From: Thermoplasmatota archaeon
GTDB taxonomy: Archaea; Thermoplasmatota; JAKEGO01
Reading direction: 5' to 3'
Assembly: GCA_028279595.1 (NCBI GenBank)
Contig: JANQNK010000016.1
Coordinates: 1-60,585 of the forward strand
Length of the DNA stretch: 60,585 nt
Positions within the stretch are counted from its first letter, which is position 1, and the number at the start of each line of letters is the position of its first letter. The notes beneath the pieces are model-generated. The model had not been told where the DNA came from, ran no database searches, and worked only from the letters and a program-made list of their open reading frames with translations. Positions 56,741 through 60,585 of this stretch are shown here, in pieces. Position numbers and translations under genes: made by a program.

Positions 56741-56965
56741 GCCAATTCAGAAGGCTGGATGATATTTAAGGGATATGGTGTTCGATCCATCTCGACATTG
56801 ATCGGCGGACGCGCTCGATCCCACGCCGATCGGGGATCCACGCGATTCGGGAGCCTAGTACGGGGAACACGATTGCACCTTCATCGGGATATGGAAGAAT
56901 CCTTCAAAGTGCGGTCTCCAGCAAATCTGGAAAGGTTTAAAACGTCGCGAGGGCATGGGACCGGG

Positions 56966-58024
56966 ATGAGGGTCCTCGTGGACATGTCCCATCCGGCCGA
57001 CGTTCACCTTTTCAAGCATACAATGTGGGAGCTGGAGAAGCGCGGACACACCACGCACGTCCTCTTTCGCGAGAGGGAGGACATGATCGGAGCTCTCCTC
57101 GACGAGTACGGATTCTCATATACTGCGATGCTGAAGAACCAGAAGGGCCTGATGCGGAAGGCGATGGCGATGCCCATCAACGACGTCCTAGCCCTGAAGT
57201 ATGCGGTCAGGTTCAAGCCGGACGTCATCCTCGGGCACGCGGCGCCCTACGTCGCCCACGCCAAGATACTGACGAGGACACCGTACCTCGTCTACGAGGA
57301 TACCGAGGTGGCCACGATCAACCTGATGATAAGCATCCCGTTCGCGACCCGGATCCTGGTCCACACCGGGTTCCAGCTCGAGTTCGGTCCGCTCATCCAG
57401 AGGCGGGTGGAGCGCGTTCCGGCCTGCAAGGAGCTGGCCTATCTCCACCCTGAAAGGTTCACACCCGACCCGTCCATCCGCGAGGAGGTCGGTATCGAGG
57501 AGGGGCAGCGGTCCGTCCTGATCCGCTATTCGGCGCGGGATTCGCACCACGACATAGGCGTGGAGGGCCTCGACCATTCGGAGAAGGGTATTCTCAGACT
57601 CGTGAAGGCCCTCGAGCCCCATGCCAAGGTCATGGTCCAGGCGGAGTTCGAACTCCCCGATTCACTCAAGGACCACGAGCTCAGGATCGACCCGCACAGG
57701 ATCCACGACCTGCTCTCCCAGATATCCCTCTACATCGGCGAGGGCTCGACCATGGCGGCGGAGGCGGGCGTCCTCGGGGTACCATGGATATTCATCTCGA
57801 ACCAGGTCAGGGGACAACTCCAGGAGATGGAAGACGACTATGGCCTCGGCTACATCGTTCCCGACCAGAGGACGGCGGTCAGGAGGGCCCTCGAGGTCCT
57901 GAAGGATCCCGACCTCGAGGCGAAATGGGCCGAGAAGCGAAGGCGAATGCTGTCTGAGAAGATCGATCTCACCAATAGACTGGTCGAGCTAGTGGAGGAG
58001 TACGATGGAGGTCGAAAGGCTTAG
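56966..58024 (+). CDS. DUF354 glycosyltransferase-like protein
   Basis: MRVLVD..HPADVHLFK, KELAYLHP..F.PD, and GEGSTMAAEAGVLGVP. Confidence 0.85.
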   Translation: MRVLVDMSHPADVHLFKHTMWELEKRGHTTHVLFREREDMIGALLDEYGFSYTAMLKNQKGLMRKAMAMPINDVLALKYAVRFKPDVILGHAAPYVAHAKILTRTPYLVYEDTEVATINLMISIPFATRILVHTGFQLEFGPLIQRRVERVPACKELAYLHPERFTPDPSIREEVGIEEGQRSVLIRYSARDSHHDIGVEGLDHSEKGILRLVKALEPHAKVMVQAEFELPDSLKDHELRIDPHRIHDLLSQISLYIGEGSTMAAEAGVLGVPWIFISNQVRGQLQEMEDDYGLGYIVPDQRTAVRRALEVLKDPDLEAKWAEKRRRMLSEKIDLTNRLVELVEEYDGGRKA

Positions 58025-58664
58025 CCCTCCGAGGGACGAGCCATGGCTCGGCGGCGTCGACGAGGCTGGCCGCGGTCCTGTAATGGGCCCTATGGTCATC
58101 GCGGGAGTTGCCATCCGTGATGTCACGCCCCTCGTCGATATGGGGGTGAGGGACTCGAAGGCACTCGCGCCCTCGACCCGTGAACGGTTGTACGACATGA
58201 TCCTCGATACCGCGGAGGCGGTCGTTGTGGAGATATCCGCCTCCGAGATCGACTCCCTGATGTCCAGGATGACATTGAACGTGATCGAGACCGACGCTTT
58301 CGCATTGGCGATATCGGCACTCGCCGCGGATACCTTCTACGTCGACGCGATAGGCCCCGTCGAGACCCTGTCCAAGGAACTCGTATCTCGTACTGGGAAG
58401 GAGGTCACCGCCCGCTCGAAGGCAGATGCCGTGTATCCCGTAGTCAGTGCAGCTTCCATAGTCGCAAAGGTCCGCAGGGACCGGGCGGTCAGGGTGATAG
58501 CCGACGACCTCGGCACCGACATCGGGAGCGGTTACCCCTCCGACCCGATCACCATGGGATTCCTGAAGGGCTATGTCGCGGAACACCGTGAACTGCCCCC
58601 GCACACGCGTTCATCATGGAAGACAAGCTCAAAACTCCTCGATCACAGGTTGGACGACTTCTGA
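58005..58664 (+). CDS. rnhB: ribonuclease HII
   Basis: GVDEAGRGPV.GP, GVRDSK, KAD..YP.VSAASIVAKV.RD, GSGYPSDP.T, and R.SW. Confidence 0.95.
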   Translation: MEVERLSPPRDEPWLGGVDEAGRGPVMGPMVIAGVAIRDVTPLVDMGVRDSKALAPSTRERLYDMILDTAEAVVVEISASEIDSLMSRMTLNVIETDAFALAISALAADTFYVDAIGPVETLSKELVSRTGKEVTARSKADAVYPVVSAASIVAKVRRDRAVRVIADDLGTDIGSGYPSDPITMGFLKGYVAEHRELPPHTRSSWKTSSKLLDHRLDDF

Positions 58665-59033
58665 GGATCAGGAAATTCTCCCACCATTTGTTCAAAATCG
58701 CGATGTCTGGCTCTCGAAGGAATTTTCCAGCTATGACGCCTTTTTCAGGGTCGATTTGGGGTAAATTTCCCTCATTCTGCTCCCCTTAGTACAGTTATGT
58801 CGAATTCCCCCGAAGGAATGACGCGAAATCGACAGGATCCGCACCCGATATCCTTACACGGAAAATTTCGAGCCAGTCAACGGGAAAAGTGCATATTTCC
58901 GGGTGTGTTCGGAGCATGTTCACGGTGTGGGCCAGAGGGGGTTAGGTTTAAATATCCAGATACCGTTATTTGAGGTTGCAGTGATGTTGCGTGGTGGTTG
59001 AAGGTATCACGGCCTTCTTGGAGGGTGTGTAGG

Positions 59034-60585
59034 ATGAAAGTCGTTGCTCTGTTCATGGTCTGCTTGATGTTATCGGGATTGTTCTCTCCATTCATTACAG
59101 AAACCGGTAGCGCCGATATTGGATCCGATAGCGAAGGCTATGCCCCTCTCAAGGCCGGTCACATCGAGGGCACGATCCTCGACGTCGACGGTGATCCGAT
59201 CGAGGGTGCGACCGTGACCTTCGACGGTGGTTCATCCACCACAACGGATGAGAAGGGGGAGTTCTCCCGGGCCCTAGCCCCGGGCGATTACGACGTCGCT
59301 GTCTCGATGGCAGGATACTCTACCGCGACGGTCCACAACGTCACCGACGGCGATACCATCGAGATGACCATCGTCCCCCGTGCCTGGTACGAAAACGGCG
59401 ACGCCTTCGAGGACGGATGGTTCTTGGATACCGGGACCAATCACGGCTCGGTACGGCTCGGCGTGGACGTCGATCCACTCCTGCCCGTTGACGAATGGTT
59501 CTTCATGTCATCCAACGACTACAAGACAGGTTCCAACTGGAACCAGCGGAACTCCAACAAGGGTTTCGTATGGTACGTCGACATCGACGGCGACGGAACC
59601 TTCTCGAACAAGGGAACGGATCCGAACTACCAGGACTGGGAGATCGCCCTTGATCAGTACACACTCAACAACCGCGGCGTGCCGATCGCTGACTTCGACA
59701 ACGACGGCGACTACGACTTCGTCGCACCGCAGATATGGTACGACGGCTCGTGGCACAACGACCAGATGCAGTTCGTCGAGAACCTAGGCCTCGACGCCGA
59801 GGGCCATAGGGTGTTCGCTGCTCCAGTGAACTGTGGCGTCACGTTCGGGATGAGCAACTACCACTTCAGCGGAGCGGTGGCCGACTACGACAAGGACGGT
59901 AACTGGGACTTCATTGGCGCTGGCAGCAACGACAACCTGTTCTGGTGCGAGGGGCACGGCGACGGGACGTTCACCCGCAATACCATCACATGGGACGCAC
60001 CCGACTCCCGGAACAGGGGCAAATCGGCCGGCGACGTCAACAACGACGGCAACGTCGACCTCGTGGTCGTGACGAACAACGACGGCTGGGTCTACGCCTA
60101 CCTCGGCGACGGCGCGGGGAACTTCGATACGAACCCGACATACCTCTTCACTGCCTATTCAGAGGCCTACGGACCGATATCATACAGGGACCCTTACGGC
60201 CTGACAATAGCCGATTTCAACAATGATGGAACGGCGGACATCATAACGAACGACGGCTCCCCTGCTCTCTACTCCCTGTGGATAGGGGACGGTGCGGGAG
60301 GATTCGTCCGACAGGACCCGCCGCTGTTCGACTTCAGCAGCCACGGCGCGCTCGACGCCTTCGACATCGATCAGGACGGGGACATGGACCTCGTCATCAT
60401 CGAGCACTACAACGGCGGCCGCATATACGCCGCCACGAACCTCGACGACGGGCTCTCATGGAGCACCAAGGAGGTCATCAGGTACAATTCCGGCTCATCG
60501 GGACAGAGGCGGACATTCGGGATAGCCACCCCGCCGACGGTCACCGGGTTCGAGACATCGGGAACGTTCATATCGAACGTCCACG
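59034..60585 (+). CDS. large secreted FG-GAP/VCBS-repeat protein with carboxypeptidase-regulatory-like domain (3'-truncated)
   Basis: Manual translation gives signal MKVVALFMVCLML, then G.I.GT..D.DGDPIEGATV...TTTDEKGEF, and repeats ADFDNDGDYD, ADYDKDGNWD, GDVNNDGNVD, ADFNNDGTAD, DIDQDGDMD. The frame runs off the window, so it is absent from the ORF track. Confidence 0.85.
   Translation, partial: MKVVALFMVCLMLSGLFSPFITETGSADIGSDSEGYAPLKAGHIEGTILDVDGDPIEGATVTFDGGSSTTTDEKGEFSRALAPGDYDVAVSMAGYSTATVHNVTDGDTIEMTIVPRAWYENGDAFEDGWFLDTGTNHGSVRLGVDVDPLLPVDEWFFMSSNDYKTGSNWNQRNSNKGFVWYVDIDGDGTFSNKGTDPNYQDWEIALDQYTLNNRGVPIADFDNDGDYDFVAPQIWYDGSWHNDQMQFVENLGLDAEGHRVFAAPVNCGVTFGMSNYHFSGAVADYDKDGNWDFIGAGSNDNLFWCEGHGDGTFTRNTITWDAPDSRNRGKSAGDVNNDGNVDLVVVTNNDGWVYAYLGDGAGNFDTNPTYLFTAYSEAYGPISYRDPYGLTIADFNNDGTADIITNDGSPALYSLWIGDGAGGFVRQDPPLFDFSSHGALDAFDIDQDGDMDLVIIEHYNGGRIYAATNLDDGLSWSTKEVIRYNSGSSGQRRTFGIATPPTVTGFETSGTFISNVH

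Noticed and set aside
1-60585. CRISPR arrays, rRNA genes, IS elements and the many long antisense ORFs
   Set aside because: No repeat-spacer periodicity, rRNA signature or transposase motif was seen. Antisense ORFs are expected artefacts of high GC3.

Overview
A GC-rich archaeal chromosomal segment. Archaeal markers include rpS8e, SRP19, MCM, type II GAPDH, ArcS/RaSEA, a PGF-CTERM protein and TATA/BRE promoters. A Thermoplasmatota-like lineage is my inference from gene content, not from a phylogeny. Most genes are housekeeping, covering translation and tRNA modification, PPDK/GAPDH/POR carbon metabolism, lipid and glycan synthesis, and a MoxR-DUF58 module. Two systems stand out. (1) A compact eukaryote-like ubiquitylation operon at 35162->32160 (minus strand) encodes a pro-ubiquitin ending GG-R, a UBA3/UBA2-like E1, a UBC-type E2 with a Ubc7/Cdc34-length loop and an Rpn11-like JAMM protease, with no E3 in the window. 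The ubiquitin and E2 genes are hidden inside longer spurious ORF calls. (2) A candidate RiPP locus at 10555->8949 (minus strand) encodes an uncalled 27-aa precursor (YxxPxL leader, core CKPCGYYNIY) ahead of an RRE-radical SAM-SPASM fusion resembling MftB+MftC, divergent from a GlcD/GlcF-like oxidoreductase. Other features are a radical SAM enzyme with a triple GGCMG C-terminal repeat, a DsrE/TusA/Lrp sulfur-relay cluster, an AT-rich foreign-looking left end, one tRNA-Ser(UGA), and a truncated FG-GAP surface protein at the right end. No CRISPR array, rRNA or transposase was seen. All family assignments come from motif recognition by eye; no searches were run.
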